Source: a virus (Duplodnaviria; Caudoviricetes). From it: a stretch of 27,441 bases of DNA. Numbering within the stretch: position 1 is the stretch's first letter; every line of letters starts with the position of its first letter. The stretch spans positions 1 through 27,441 of the IMG/VR virus record IMGVR_UViG_3300027850_000141; one strand, written 5' to 3'. Below, one piece after another: positions 1 through 8,035 of the stretch. A program made the translations under genes and the position numbers. Below the pieces are notes generated by a model, which was given only the letters and a program-made list of their open reading frames with translations, did not search any database and was not told the origin of the DNA.

Positions 1-342
1 CATCGCGTTCCACACTAGCGCAAGCCCAGTCAGGCTGGGGTTTTCGCGTGATACCTCAGCAGCGACCGCAGCCACTAAGCCAGGATGGGCGATCGCACTC
101 ACCCTCAAAAAGCCGCCGGATCCGACCATGGCAGTTTTGAACACACCCCATCGGGCGGAAGTTGCGTAATCAGCGAGTGGTGCTGTAGGTGCAACCTCAC
201 CCGGCGCATAGGCTACTAGCACACCATCGGGATAGTCTGCCGTGGCAGTCAGATCGATTATCAGCGCCGTGGTATTTGACGCGGGCAGCACTGATGGCGA
301 TCGCAATCCATCAATATTATGCAGCGGTATTAAGGTTGGCAC
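1..342 (-). CDS. hypothetical phage protein, runs off the left edge (MPTLIPLHNIDGLRSPSVLPASNTTALIIDL...)
   Basis: Hand translation: GTG at 342 with GGAGG 7 nt upstream, and 114 codons open to position 1. Not in the ORF track because the stop lies outside the window. Confidence 0.7.
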   Translation of the reverse strand, partial: MPTLIPLHNIDGLRSPSVLPASNTTALIIDLTATADYPDGVLVAYAPGEVAPTAPLADYATSARWGVFKTAMVGSGGFLRVSAIAHPGLVAAVAAEVSRENPSLTGLALVWNAM

Positions 343-586
343 CTTTCGGCCTCCGTCTTGTTGCCTGTGGCTGATCCACGCTAACCGCGCCCGCGTCTAC
401 AAGCCATTCACAGCGCCCGTTTAGTGGATCGCGCAATTGTATCAAAAGATAGCCGTCCATCGCCTCGCTGCACGACTTGAGGAGGTAGGGATTGCCCGCC
501 GCATAGATCGCAACAGTCTGATCCAATGTAGATCCCGGCGTAATGCGATCGCGTAAAATGGCCTTTGCCCTGACTGTTAGCTTCAT
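317..586 (-). CDS. small protein resembling the SH3-like accessory domain of cyanobacterial lysozymes/peptidases
   Basis: ATG at 586 after AGGA and a TWGGCACNNT motif. The pattern MKLTVRAKAILR...GYLLIQLRDPLNGRCEWLV resembles that repeated domain (recognised by eye). Confidence 0.55.
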   Translation of the reverse strand: MKLTVRAKAILRDRITPGSTLDQTVAIYAAGNPYLLKSCSEAMDGYLLIQLRDPLNGRCEWLVDAGAVSVDQPQATRRRPKGANLNTAA

Positions 587-594
587 TGTTTGTC

Positions 595-822
595 CTAGTG
601 TGCCAACGGCTCTAGCGGCGGATGGGTGGGGCACCTCCAGTGAACATAGCCCAGCATCTTTGTGGCAGAGTAAAACCCGGCAGGGTGGCGCGTTCGGTAC
701 GATTGCAGTTTGGCTACCCGCACCTCGCCTAGCACAAAGTTACCTAGCAGCCCGGCGCATAGCTCACAACGGTTACCGGGTGAGGGGTTGAGAATCTGCG
801 TGTAGCGATCGCCGTGTGACAT
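595..822 (-). CDS. small putative zinc-binding protein (CxxC...HxxC)
   Basis: Motifs RCELC and VHWRC. A perfect TATAAT lies on the minus strand at 854-859, upstream of ATG 822. Confidence 0.5.
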   Translation of the reverse strand: MSHGDRYTQILNPSPGNRCELCAGLLGNFVLGEVRVAKLQSYRTRHPAGFYSATKMLGYVHWRCPTHPPLEPLAH

Positions 823-845
823 ATTTGTTTAGCTCAGTTGAATAC

Positions 846-874
846 TTGACAAGATTATAACGTATAGCTATAGT
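846..874 (+). promoter_or_regulatory. sigma70-type promoter TTGACA-17-TATAGT with TATARY repeats
   Basis: TTGACA 846-851, 17-nt spacer, TATAGT 869-874. TATAAC/TATAGC/TATAGT repeats at 856-874. Confidence 0.8.
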
Positions 875-906
875 AGTTTGTAGAGACCCGCCACAAAGAG
901 AGCCCG

Positions 907-1053
907 ATGGATACCACTGTAGACGACACTCAGGATAACAAGCCTTTGCGAGACTCGGAACGGTTGATTCGAGACAAGCAACAAATGGCAGAGACACTTA
1001 CTAACCGCTTTTACAAAGACCAAACCACCAAAAAATGCCCAGACCAAAAGTAG
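907..1053 (+). CDS. 48-aa hypothetical protein (MDTTVDDTQDNKPLRDSERLIRDKQQMAETLTNRFYKDQTTKKCPDQK)
   Basis: First ATG after the consensus promoter, purine-rich AAAGAGAG upstream, overlaps the next gene. Below the ORF track cutoff. Confidence 0.5.
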   Translation: MDTTVDDTQDNKPLRDSERLIRDKQQMAETLTNRFYKDQTTKKCPDQK

Positions 1054-1217
1054 CCCGAGACCAACTAAAACGCAACGCGGGCATCAGCCTGCGCCCCGGC
1101 ATGATCCGGCAGCTAGACGATGCGGCGGCGCGGCTGGGCTACCCGTCCCGGTCTGCGTTGATTGAGGCGCTGATCAATGCCGGGGGGATCGGGCTGTTGG
1201 GGGATGATTCCTCATGA
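1035..1217 (+). CDS. ribbon-helix-helix (CopG/MetJ-like) regulator
   Basis: Beta strand AGISL followed by LDDAAARLGYPSRSALIEALI. ATGA overlap with the methylase. Confidence 0.8.
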   Translation: MPRPKVARDQLKRNAGISLRPGMIRQLDDAAARLGYPSRSALIEALINAGGIGLLGDDSS

Positions 1218-1297
1218 CGAAACCATTGATCGCATACTACGGCGGGAAGCAACGCATGACGAAACCCCTTATCTCCTACTACGGCGGCAAGCAACGC
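1214..1297 (+). repeat. 42-bp imperfect tandem duplication at the methylase start
   Basis: 1214-1255 vs 1256-1297: 36/42 nt identical, MTKPLIAYYGGKQR / MTKPLISYYGGKQR. Confidence 0.95.
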
Positions 1298-2200
1298 ATA
1301 GCGGCAAACGTTGTTGAGGTGATTGATACGATCCCTCACACCGTATACTTTGAACCGTTCTTTGGCGGCGGTGCTGTCTTCTTTAAGCGCGTCATCCCTC
1401 ACCATACGAATACTCACCATTTTAGGGAGGTGATTAACGACAAATCAGCGCTATTGATCAACTTGTACCGAACCGCTAGAGAGCATCCTGAGGAGTTCAA
1501 CAGCTTGATTGAATGGACGCCATACTCTGAGAGTGAACACAGAAGATCTATGGAGATTTGTAAGAGGCCAGACGAACATAGCGACATGGATAAGGCGTGG
1601 GCTTATTACACCAATATCAATCAAAGTTTCTCTCATCAATTAAATGGAGGATGGGGCAGGGGTGTATATACCCGAAATCTATCTGCCACATGGGACAATC
1701 GGCGATCGCAGATGCCAGAATGCCTAAAGCGACTCAAGGATGTTGCGATCGCTTGCGATGATGCGGCGGTCATCATCCCTCAGTGGGATAGCCCGCAAAC
1801 CTTGCTGTATTGCGATCCTCCATACCCCAATACAGATTGTGGTCATTATTCAGGGTGGACAGACGAAGATCATCAGCAGCTATGCGATCAGCTAGACAAC
1901 GCCCAAGGAAGCTATATATTGAGCGGCTACGACAATCCTATCCATCCCAAAACCTTTGATGAACGGATCGAGATTTCAACTCTTTGCAGTGCCAACGGGA
2001 AAGGCAAGGTAGACAAGGATCGAGATCGCCGCCGCGCCGCCACAGCAGAAGAGATGGGCGATCGCCAGCGGACTGAGGTGTTGTGGATAAAGAATCGCAG
2101 CGCCAACATTAGAGACGAACTAGGCGCGGCGTTGCAGAAACAGCGCTACACGCAGACAGATATGTTTGAACCGGGGAACACAAGCGAGGATGCGCAATGA
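1214..2200 (+). CDS. DNA adenine methyltransferase, D12/Dam class
   Basis: Motifs YYGGK, YFEPFFGGGAV, EVIND and LYCDPPY. The first 14 codons are duplicated. Confidence 0.9.
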   Translation: MTKPLIAYYGGKQRMTKPLISYYGGKQRIAANVVEVIDTIPHTVYFEPFFGGGAVFFKRVIPHHTNTHHFREVINDKSALLINLYRTAREHPEEFNSLIEWTPYSESEHRRSMEICKRPDEHSDMDKAWAYYTNINQSFSHQLNGGWGRGVYTRNLSATWDNRRSQMPECLKRLKDVAIACDDAAVIIPQWDSPQTLLYCDPPYPNTDCGHYSGWTDEDHQQLCDQLDNAQGSYILSGYDNPIHPKTFDERIEISTLCSANGKGKVDKDRDRRRAATAEEMGDRQRTEVLWIKNRSANIRDELGAALQKQRYTQTDMFEPGNTSEDAQ

Positions 2201-2484
2201 CAGGACTTTGCAGAGTTGTAGACAACGGCGCGAATATACTAGTTGACCCTCAATTAGTGCCGATGGAACAGGCCGAAGAATGGGCTAATAGCCTGAACAA
2301 GCAATATCCAAGGCTTGAGTTCATGGGTCTAGATGTGTGGCAGCTAGGCTTAAACCTGCGGATCTGTGGGGTCGATAGTACCGAAGCGCGGGCGATCGCC
2401 AACGATGTGTTCTCAGGGAAGATAACTGAGATCTTTGTGGTGTTCTACAAGACTGGGCGCATAGCAAGCTGGGCTGAGAGCTAA
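2197..2484 (+). CDS. hypothetical protein
   Basis: ATGA overlap with the methylase stop; 95 aa. Confidence 0.65.
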   Translation: MTGLCRVVDNGANILVDPQLVPMEQAEEWANSLNKQYPRLEFMGLDVWQLGLNLRICGVDSTEARAIANDVFSGKITEIFVVFYKTGRIASWAES

Positions 2485-2525
2485 ACCAACACACTGCTAA
2501 AATCAAACCACTACCATGCTCCAAT

Positions 2526-3539
2526 ATGGCAATCATCAGAGCGTTTAAGCGGGATCACAATTGCCCGATCTGCGATAATTCCAAAGGCAAATGCCGGGAA
2601 ACAGAAGACAACCTAATTCTCTGCATGGGCGCTGTTGGCGATCGCGTCCCTGGTTATCGGTACGTCAAACCTAGTAAGGATCGCGTGTGGGCTATCTGGG
2701 CACCCGATACCGATGGCCGTGGCACAACCTCAGAAGAATGGCGATCGCGGTTAGACCAACGGGCACGTGAGAATGCAGCCAGAGAGGCGCGGCGGGCGGC
2801 TAACTGTATGATTGCAGTGGAGCGCGATCGCCATTACCGACGGTTGCTAGATGCCCTGAACCTCAACACTAGCGACCGTGAAGATCTACAACGGCGCGGC
2901 TTTACCGATCAACAGATTGAGGCGGCGGGCTTTAAGTCTGTGGAGCAATGGGAGCGGCTTGATAGGCACTACCCTGACAACCTGCCGGGTGTAGTGAACG
3001 GAGGGCGATCGCTCAACACCTTTGCACCGGGCTACCTTTGCCCTACCCGCAATCAGGACGGCCTGATCATTGGCTGTCAGGTACGGGCTAGGGAAGGAAC
3101 CCCCAAATACTATTGGCTCACGAGCGCCACAAGGGCGAACCCAAGCGGTGCAACACCACACACAACGCACAAAGAACTGCCGCTGACCTATGTCAAAGGG
3201 ACTGGCGATCGCCCGTGGATCGCATTCTGTGAGGGAACCGGGGCTAAACCTCACCTTGCCTCAATCAGGTTAGGCTGCGATGTAGTGGGGGCGGCGGGCG
3301 GTCAGTTTGGCAGTTCCCCTCAGCAAATCAAAGCGGCGATCGATAGCGGCCTTGCTCCAATATTGTTGCCCGATGGTGGTGCGATCGATAACCCCAATGT
3401 TATGCGGCAGTATCAAGGGCTAGCTGAATTGGTGCCGGGGCTGACGATCCTTTGGTGGGGGCAAAACACAAAGGCCGATGGCGATGTAGATGAGGTTGAC
3501 CCGGCCACCCTCGATCAAGCGCGGTTGATCTGTATGTAG
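2526..3539 (+). CDS. primase-like protein (Zn finger plus Toprim-like domain, cyanobacterial plasmid/phage Rep N-terminus), no helicase domain
   Basis: CPIC..C..C zinc site, DLQRRGF, FCEGTGAK, LPDGG and DGDVDE acidic motifs. Extended -10 TGCTAAAAT at 2495-2503. Confidence 0.7.
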   Translation: MAIIRAFKRDHNCPICDNSKGKCRETEDNLILCMGAVGDRVPGYRYVKPSKDRVWAIWAPDTDGRGTTSEEWRSRLDQRARENAAREARRAANCMIAVERDRHYRRLLDALNLNTSDREDLQRRGFTDQQIEAAGFKSVEQWERLDRHYPDNLPGVVNGGRSLNTFAPGYLCPTRNQDGLIIGCQVRAREGTPKYYWLTSATRANPSGATPHTTHKELPLTYVKGTGDRPWIAFCEGTGAKPHLASIRLGCDVVGAAGGQFGSSPQQIKAAIDSGLAPILLPDGGAIDNPNVMRQYQGLAELVPGLTILWWGQNTKADGDVDEVDPATLDQARLICM

Positions 3540-3550
3540 CAGGCTAGCAG

Positions 3551-3635
3551 TGTTAGACTGGAGTGAATGTTTAACAGACATTTACTTTACCTATTAGAGT
3601 AAGCCCCCAATAGCACTAGCTACTGGGGGCTTTTT
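3551..3635 (+). ncRNA. putative sRNA unit 1 (extended -10 promoter, ~70-nt RNA, terminator)
   Basis: TGtTAGACT at 3551-3559, a 5' hairpin AATGTTT/AGACATT, the motif ACTTTACCT, and a GC-rich hairpin followed by T5. Confidence 0.45.
3601..3635 (+). terminator. Rho-independent terminator
   Basis: AAGCCCCCA...TGGGGGCTT stem followed by a T run. Confidence 0.8.
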
Positions 3636-3645
3636 CTGCCAACCG

Positions 3646-3726
3646 TGTTAAACTCTAAGGACTGTGCAAAGACTTTACCTTGCGTGCTTAAAAGCCCCCA
3701 GTAGCTAATGCGACTGGGGGCTTTTT
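3646..3726 (+). ncRNA. putative sRNA unit 2 (extended -10 promoter, ~65-nt RNA, terminator)
   Basis: TGtTAAACT at 3646-3654, the same ACTTTACCT motif, and a paralogous terminator. Confidence 0.45.
3690..3726. terminator. bidirectional Rho-independent terminator ending the head operon
   Basis: AAAAGCCCCCAGT...ACTGGGGGCTTTTT, a few nt from the stop of 3731..4066. Confidence 0.85.
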
Positions 3727-3730
3727 GTGT

Positions 3731-4066
3731 CTACATTGCAGCGATCTCTTTTAGCTGCTTTAGCTGGTCGTTGATGGCCTCAACGATGCCCCGGCGCGGG
3801 CTATCGTCACCATTCTCACACTCTAGCCAGTATTGCAGCAAAACCGCATCTAGCTGACCCTTGATCAGCGGCCTGGCATCGGCGACACTAATGCCATCTA
3901 GGTTGCCGGGAATCGTTACGGGTTCGGTATCTGGGGATTCGGTGTCTGGGGAGGTGTCCGGTTTCCATACCTGGTGAACCTTAGGATCGTAGTCCGCCTC
4001 GTTGATAATCAGCTTGTATGCAGCATTGTCTGGGTTGTGGATCTCGATAGTTTTCAGATCGTACAT
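3731..4066 (-). CDS. capsid-adjacent hypothetical protein
   Basis: Follows the capsid gene, GGAG RBS. N-terminal IINEADYDPKVH motif, PDT-repeat linker, helical C-terminus. Confidence 0.75.
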   Translation of the reverse strand: MYDLKTIEIHNPDNAAYKLIINEADYDPKVHQVWKPDTSPDTESPDTEPVTIPGNLDGISVADARPLIKGQLDAVLLQYWLECENGDDSPRRGIVEAINDQLKQLKEIAAM

Positions 4067-4081
4067 ATTCGCTCCAATAAT

Positions 4082-4110
4082 GCGATCGCCCTACAGACTA
4101 GGGCGATCGC
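4082..4110. repeat. perfect 12-bp inverted repeat built from two HIP1 sites, 3' of the capsid gene
   Basis: GCGATCGCCCTA-CAGAC-TAGGGCGATCGC. Confidence 0.85.
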
Positions 4111-4118
4111 GCTTGTGA

Positions 4119-5273
4119 CTACCCTAGGATTCGGACGGCTAGCTGAGGACGGTTTAGCAGCACTCCCCACAGGCAATCTACGCTAAAAATCGTCTCTTTC
4201 CAACCGCGCTGAACTTCAAAGCGCAGTACTAGGCCAGACTGAGGATCGGGAAGAACCTCGAGGATATTGCCCGCCGCCGGAACGTCGATGATTGGCCGGG
4301 AAGCGAATGCAATGGCGTCTCGGTGAAATGCGAGGTTGGCAACGTGGGAGGAGGCGGTCGTCGTGACAAACGTGGCAACAGCGCCGTCTGCATAGTTTGC
4401 AGCTAGTCCGGGGCTAATGCCGATCGTGATCTCGTTGGCCGTAGGAGTAGCCGTCGCAACACTTGTCACCACGTAGGTTCGGATATTTCCAGGCAGGCTG
4501 AAAACATCACCGATTGCAGGGGCTACAGGGATTGCGCCAGATCCGTTGTCTAACACTAGACTTGTCGCTCCAGCCACCGCCGCCGCGTCAACTGCATAGG
4601 GTGCAACAGCGGTACTGGTGTGGCGCGGCACTTGCTGATCTTCGTACCAATCAAACCCTACAGCGCGGGTGATCTGGGCATCGCGCAACGTTTCGGACGA
4701 TCCCGATTCGTTGACCTTCTGCAAAACACCTAAACCGAGCGCGTTAGCATACGCAAACTCGTTGAGGATCATCCGGCGATCGCGGTAGGGTGCGAAGGCG
4801 GAAGTCAACATCCGCGATGCCTCTTGGGCTACGCCAGTGTTCACGCCGAATGGGGTCGTCCCGGCTACCCCTGTGACATTGTAGACCTGCCGATAAACAC
4901 TAAAGATCGACGAGTTGATACTACGACACAGCGCTTGTACGGCTTTTTCTACAGCGCGGTTGCGTGTGCCGTTCGCCACCTCAAAAAGGTCTTTGTCGGC
5001 CATTCTGAAGGTCGCGGCTTCAAAATTGTTTAGGTTTAACTGGCGCTTAACGGCCGTCACATCAGAGATAACAGCATCGGCGGGGTACGGGCCGGGCACG
5101 ACGGGAAAAGCTTGCATGTCACCCAATTCGGGGATCTCAATCATGCTCCCCTGGCTCGCAGCTTCCTCACTATAAAGGTTGTTGACTTGTGCCGGCATGA
5201 CACAATTCTCTCGAAGAACATCTAGGATCTGCGAGAGGATCTGAGGGATCAGGGCTTGTAATTGGTTGGGCAT
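4119..5273 (-). CDS. major capsid protein, P22 gp5-like (HK97 fold)
   Basis: 384 aa after the scaffold. Motifs GSMIEIP, GFDWYEDQQVP, NLAFHRDAIAFASRP and DCLWGV..RPQLAVRILG. Confidence 0.9.
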   Translation of the reverse strand: MPNQLQALIPQILSQILDVLRENCVMPAQVNNLYSEEAASQGSMIEIPELGDMQAFPVVPGPYPADAVISDVTAVKRQLNLNNFEAATFRMADKDLFEVANGTRNRAVEKAVQALCRSINSSIFSVYRQVYNVTGVAGTTPFGVNTGVAQEASRMLTSAFAPYRDRRMILNEFAYANALGLGVLQKVNESGSSETLRDAQITRAVGFDWYEDQQVPRHTSTAVAPYAVDAAAVAGATSLVLDNGSGAIPVAPAIGDVFSLPGNIRTYVVTSVATATPTANEITIGISPGLAANYADGAVATFVTTTASSHVANLAFHRDAIAFASRPIIDVPAAGNILEVLPDPQSGLVLRFEVQRGWKETIFSVDCLWGVLLNRPQLAVRILG

Positions 5274-5364
5274 GGCTGTATCTTCAATCCTTTGTGATGA
5301 TCCTCACGGCATCGCCTGAGAGGTGGAGACCGTGCAGCATCGCCACACAAAGATAGGGTGCCAA

Positions 5365-5397
5365 CACAAAAAGCCCCTCAATAGAAGGGCTTTTGTG
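5365..5397 (-). terminator. Rho-independent terminator between scaffold and capsid genes
   Basis: Minus strand reads CACAAAAGCCCTTCTATTGAGGGGCTTTTTGTG. Confidence 0.75.
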
Positions 5398-5407
5398 CGA
5401 TCGCCAT

Positions 5408-6271
5408 CTAGCGATCTGTCAGCACAGCGCCGGATTTGCGAACGGCGGCTAGTTGCTCTGGTGTCATACTGGCAAGCTGACTGCCAATATTTCCCGAGCT
5501 AAGGACGGCCTTACCACCGATCCGACCACCAGCAACAGAGATACCCGCGCCACTAGATTGGTTGTAGGCGGGTAGCATAACTTGGAGCGATCGCCCATAG
5601 TCGCCTTTTTTGATCGCCGTCAACAGATCGGCCATTGTGGCGGGGCGCGATTGAGAGTTCATCTTGCTTGAGTCAGGAACGAAATAGGGCGTACCGTCTG
5701 GCTGTTTGATCGTCTTGATCTCAGCCCTGTAGCCCACAACTGTATCGCCTTGCTTGATTGGGGCGGATTCCAGATCAACGAACATGGCGACAAGATTGCG
5801 GAATTGTTGCATCTCGAGCGCATTGCTGGCAACGCCGCCGCCCTCAAGGAAAATGCCGTCCAAGGTCTGCTCATTGGCACGAACCCGAACATAGTTATCG
5901 AGCGCCGTTAACTGGATTTCGTAGCCTTCTGTGGTTGTTTTGAGCTTTGCTGCGTGAGCAAATTCCAACTCCGCCCGCAGTTTCGCAGCAGTGTCTGCAG
6001 CGTTTTGCTGTTCTTTTAGCTCTGCCAATAGCGCGGGAATTGTAGCAGGGTCAACCCCTTGCTGCGTCAATCTGTCAAGGATGGCCGCTTTTTGAGACAG
6101 TGACTCATTCGTTTTAGATTGTTCGGCGACGATTTGCTTTTGCCGTTCGTAGGCTCGTTTCAGCGCTCCCACATCCTCAGTTGGGATAGTGTCGGGGATC
6201 TTGGATAGGTCAAGATCGGCATCTTGAGAACCGCCATCGGCGGGCGGCATCGCCTGGGTGTCAATGGGCAT
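5408..6271 (-). CDS. capsid scaffolding protein
   Basis: Acidic disordered N-terminus, coiled coil (LKRAYERQKQ), SSGAG tail, position before the capsid gene. ATG 6271 preferred over TTG 6292 because a promoter motif lies at 6297-6306. Confidence 0.75.
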   Translation of the reverse strand: MPIDTQAMPPADGGSQDADLDLSKIPDTIPTEDVGALKRAYERQKQIVAEQSKTNESLSQKAAILDRLTQQGVDPATIPALLAELKEQQNAADTAAKLRAELEFAHAAKLKTTTEGYEIQLTALDNYVRVRANEQTLDGIFLEGGGVASNALEMQQFRNLVAMFVDLESAPIKQGDTVVGYRAEIKTIKQPDGTPYFVPDSSKMNSQSRPATMADLLTAIKKGDYGRSLQVMLPAYNQSSGAGISVAGGRIGGKAVLSSGNIGSQLASMTPEQLAAVRKSGAVLTDR

Positions 6272-6327
6272 GGGGTGATCGGATAAGGTCAAAGCTAGAG
6301 TGCCTAGCCCATCACCCCATCACCGCA

Positions 6328-7188
6328 TCAGATAGCGATCGCCGCTATGGCCTTTTCTTCGTGCTGGCATTCTGACAGAAAAGCATCAATTCCCCAGTCG
6401 TTGATCTGCCCTTCGCAGACTGCCAACGATTGACCTTCTTTCCAAGTGGCTACACCTCTAGTGATCCGATACCGTGATGACTGGCCATCACCATCCAGCT
6501 TGTATTCAAGATCTCTCACCGCTGGCTCAACCTTGACCCGCGCCGCTAGTGCCATCCCTGCTGTACCATCTGCAACACGAGCGATCGCCGATCGACTGCG
6601 CACCATATTTTGCAGAAACAACAGCCCCGCATCTGCCGAACCTGAAGGGAGAATAATGTTGGTAAGGGTGTTTAGCTTTTCCTGCGTGGCGGTTTCGCTG
6701 TCATATTTGCTGTCGACGTCATCCAAAATGATTAGATCAGGACTAAACTTTTCTAGCGCCTTTTGAGTAGCGCGGCCTTCTAGCCCAACCGACATAGCGC
6801 CCCACCCGTTCTCTGCCTCAATTCGCCATGCCCTCCAGCCTTCTGAGGAGGAAACGTTGACAGTACAGCGAACCCCAAGCTGATTGAGTAAACCACCAAT
6901 ATCTTGGATATGGAAATCCGCCTGATGCTGCATATCGCAGACATACAGAACAAAACGGCGCGTTAGTGATAGCGCTGTATATCCTGAGATAAGTTCAGCC
7001 ATTGTCGATTTAGCGCCGCATCGCGGCCATACCTCAACCCGTGGAGGAGGCTTAGTTCCATAACTGAAATCCGCCACCCAATCCCAGATAGCCATGTGGC
7101 GATCGCCCATAGGGATTAGGTCGCGTGGCAAGAATCTGGCCATTGTATCCGCAGGATTTTCACCACGGCGAGGAGATTTAATTGGCAT
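6328..7188 (-). CDS. terminase large subunit paralog, ATPase domain only
   Basis: Colinear with about residues 38-311 of the 9962..11458 protein (roughly two-thirds identical by eye). Walker A PRCGAKST, Walker B LIILDD. Ends just after QHE with no nuclease domain. Confidence 0.9.
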   Translation of the reverse strand: MPIKSPRRGENPADTMARFLPRDLIPMGDRHMAIWDWVADFSYGTKPPPRVEVWPRCGAKSTMAELISGYTALSLTRRFVLYVCDMQHQADFHIQDIGGLLNQLGVRCTVNVSSSEGWRAWRIEAENGWGAMSVGLEGRATQKALEKFSPDLIILDDVDSKYDSETATQEKLNTLTNIILPSGSADAGLLFLQNMVRSRSAIARVADGTAGMALAARVKVEPAVRDLEYKLDGDGQSSRYRITRGVATWKEGQSLAVCEGQINDWGIDAFLSECQHEEKAIAAIAI

Positions 7189-7213
7189 GAGGTAATCGGA
7201 TAAAGGATAGCGA

Positions 7214-8035
7214 CTAGCCTAGCACAGACTCCGACAGCGATCGCCGCCAAATCACTAGACAGCGACAATTACCCCGGCAGCTACAGCGATCGCCCTTTGG
7301 CACAATTTCGGCGGCGGCGACAAACCCATCAGTCACGTAGCCGGGGCACTCAGGGCAATGATCCGCGCCGGGGTCTAGCGATCGCCTGCCTTGCCATCCA
7401 CCTTGTGAAACCCTGATGGCGTGTTCAGCATCGTAGTATGAAGCGCCGGTGTTTGTTGCGTACCTTGAGGCGCGGGCTAACATTGCAATAGCGGATACGC
7501 TACCGATGGCGATCGCCGCTGCGAATCCTGATAGCGCGGTAAACTCTGCGGATAGTCGATCGCCCAACCGTCTGAGGTGTTCGGCGTTTAACCCGGCGGC
7601 AGTTCCCGCGCCCGCTTGGGTCATCCGTAGGTGTGAGTGGTAAAGGTCACTGGCCATGAATCTCTGCCAATCAGCTAGGGTGATATTGCCATCGATCAAT
7701 TCTTGCACTTGGCGACGGTAGCGCTCGGTTGTGTTTGCGCGATCTCTGCCGATTATCTGTTCTATTTCAGGAATGGCCACAGCCCGACGCCCGCGATAAT
7801 ACAGACCATCTGACTGCCGATAAGTTAGTCGGTTAGACGGGACAGAACTGATTAACAGCAGCAAAACAAGCGCGGCTAATAGCTGAGACAGGCCGTTAGG
7901 TTCGGCGTTGGCTTCGGCGATCGCGGCCTGTATCGCGGCTATATCCTGATCAGCTATGGCGATCGCCCCTGACTCAATCAATAGTTGGTCAGCGCTAAAA
8001 ACCTCACCCGCGATTCTTGGGTTTGCGTCCTCCAT
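7214..8035 (-). CDS. minor head / head morphogenesis protein (Mu gpF / SPP1 gp7-like)
   Basis: C-terminal HCPEC...CSCRGNCRC motif, located in the head operon. Confidence 0.75.
   Translation of the reverse strand: MEDANPRIAGEVFSADQLLIESGAIAIADQDIAAIQAAIAEANAEPNGLSQLLAALVLLLLISSVPSNRLTYRQSDGLYYRGRRAVAIPEIEQIIGRDRANTTERYRRQVQELIDGNITLADWQRFMASDLYHSHLRMTQAGAGTAAGLNAEHLRRLGDRLSAEFTALSGFAAAIAIGSVSAIAMLARASRYATNTGASYYDAEHAIRVSQGGWQGRRSLDPGADHCPECPGYVTDGFVAAAEIVPKGDRCSCRGNCRCLVIWRRSLSESVLG

Noticed and set aside
3590-3730. CRISPR mini-array or MITE
   Set aside because: Only two imperfect copies, each a terminator-type hairpin with a T run. No cas genes, transposase or target-site duplication seen.
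3925-3965. Short GGTRTCTGGGGA repeats
   Set aside because: They encode a PDT(E)S linker within the 3731..4066 protein; ordinary low-complexity coding repeat.
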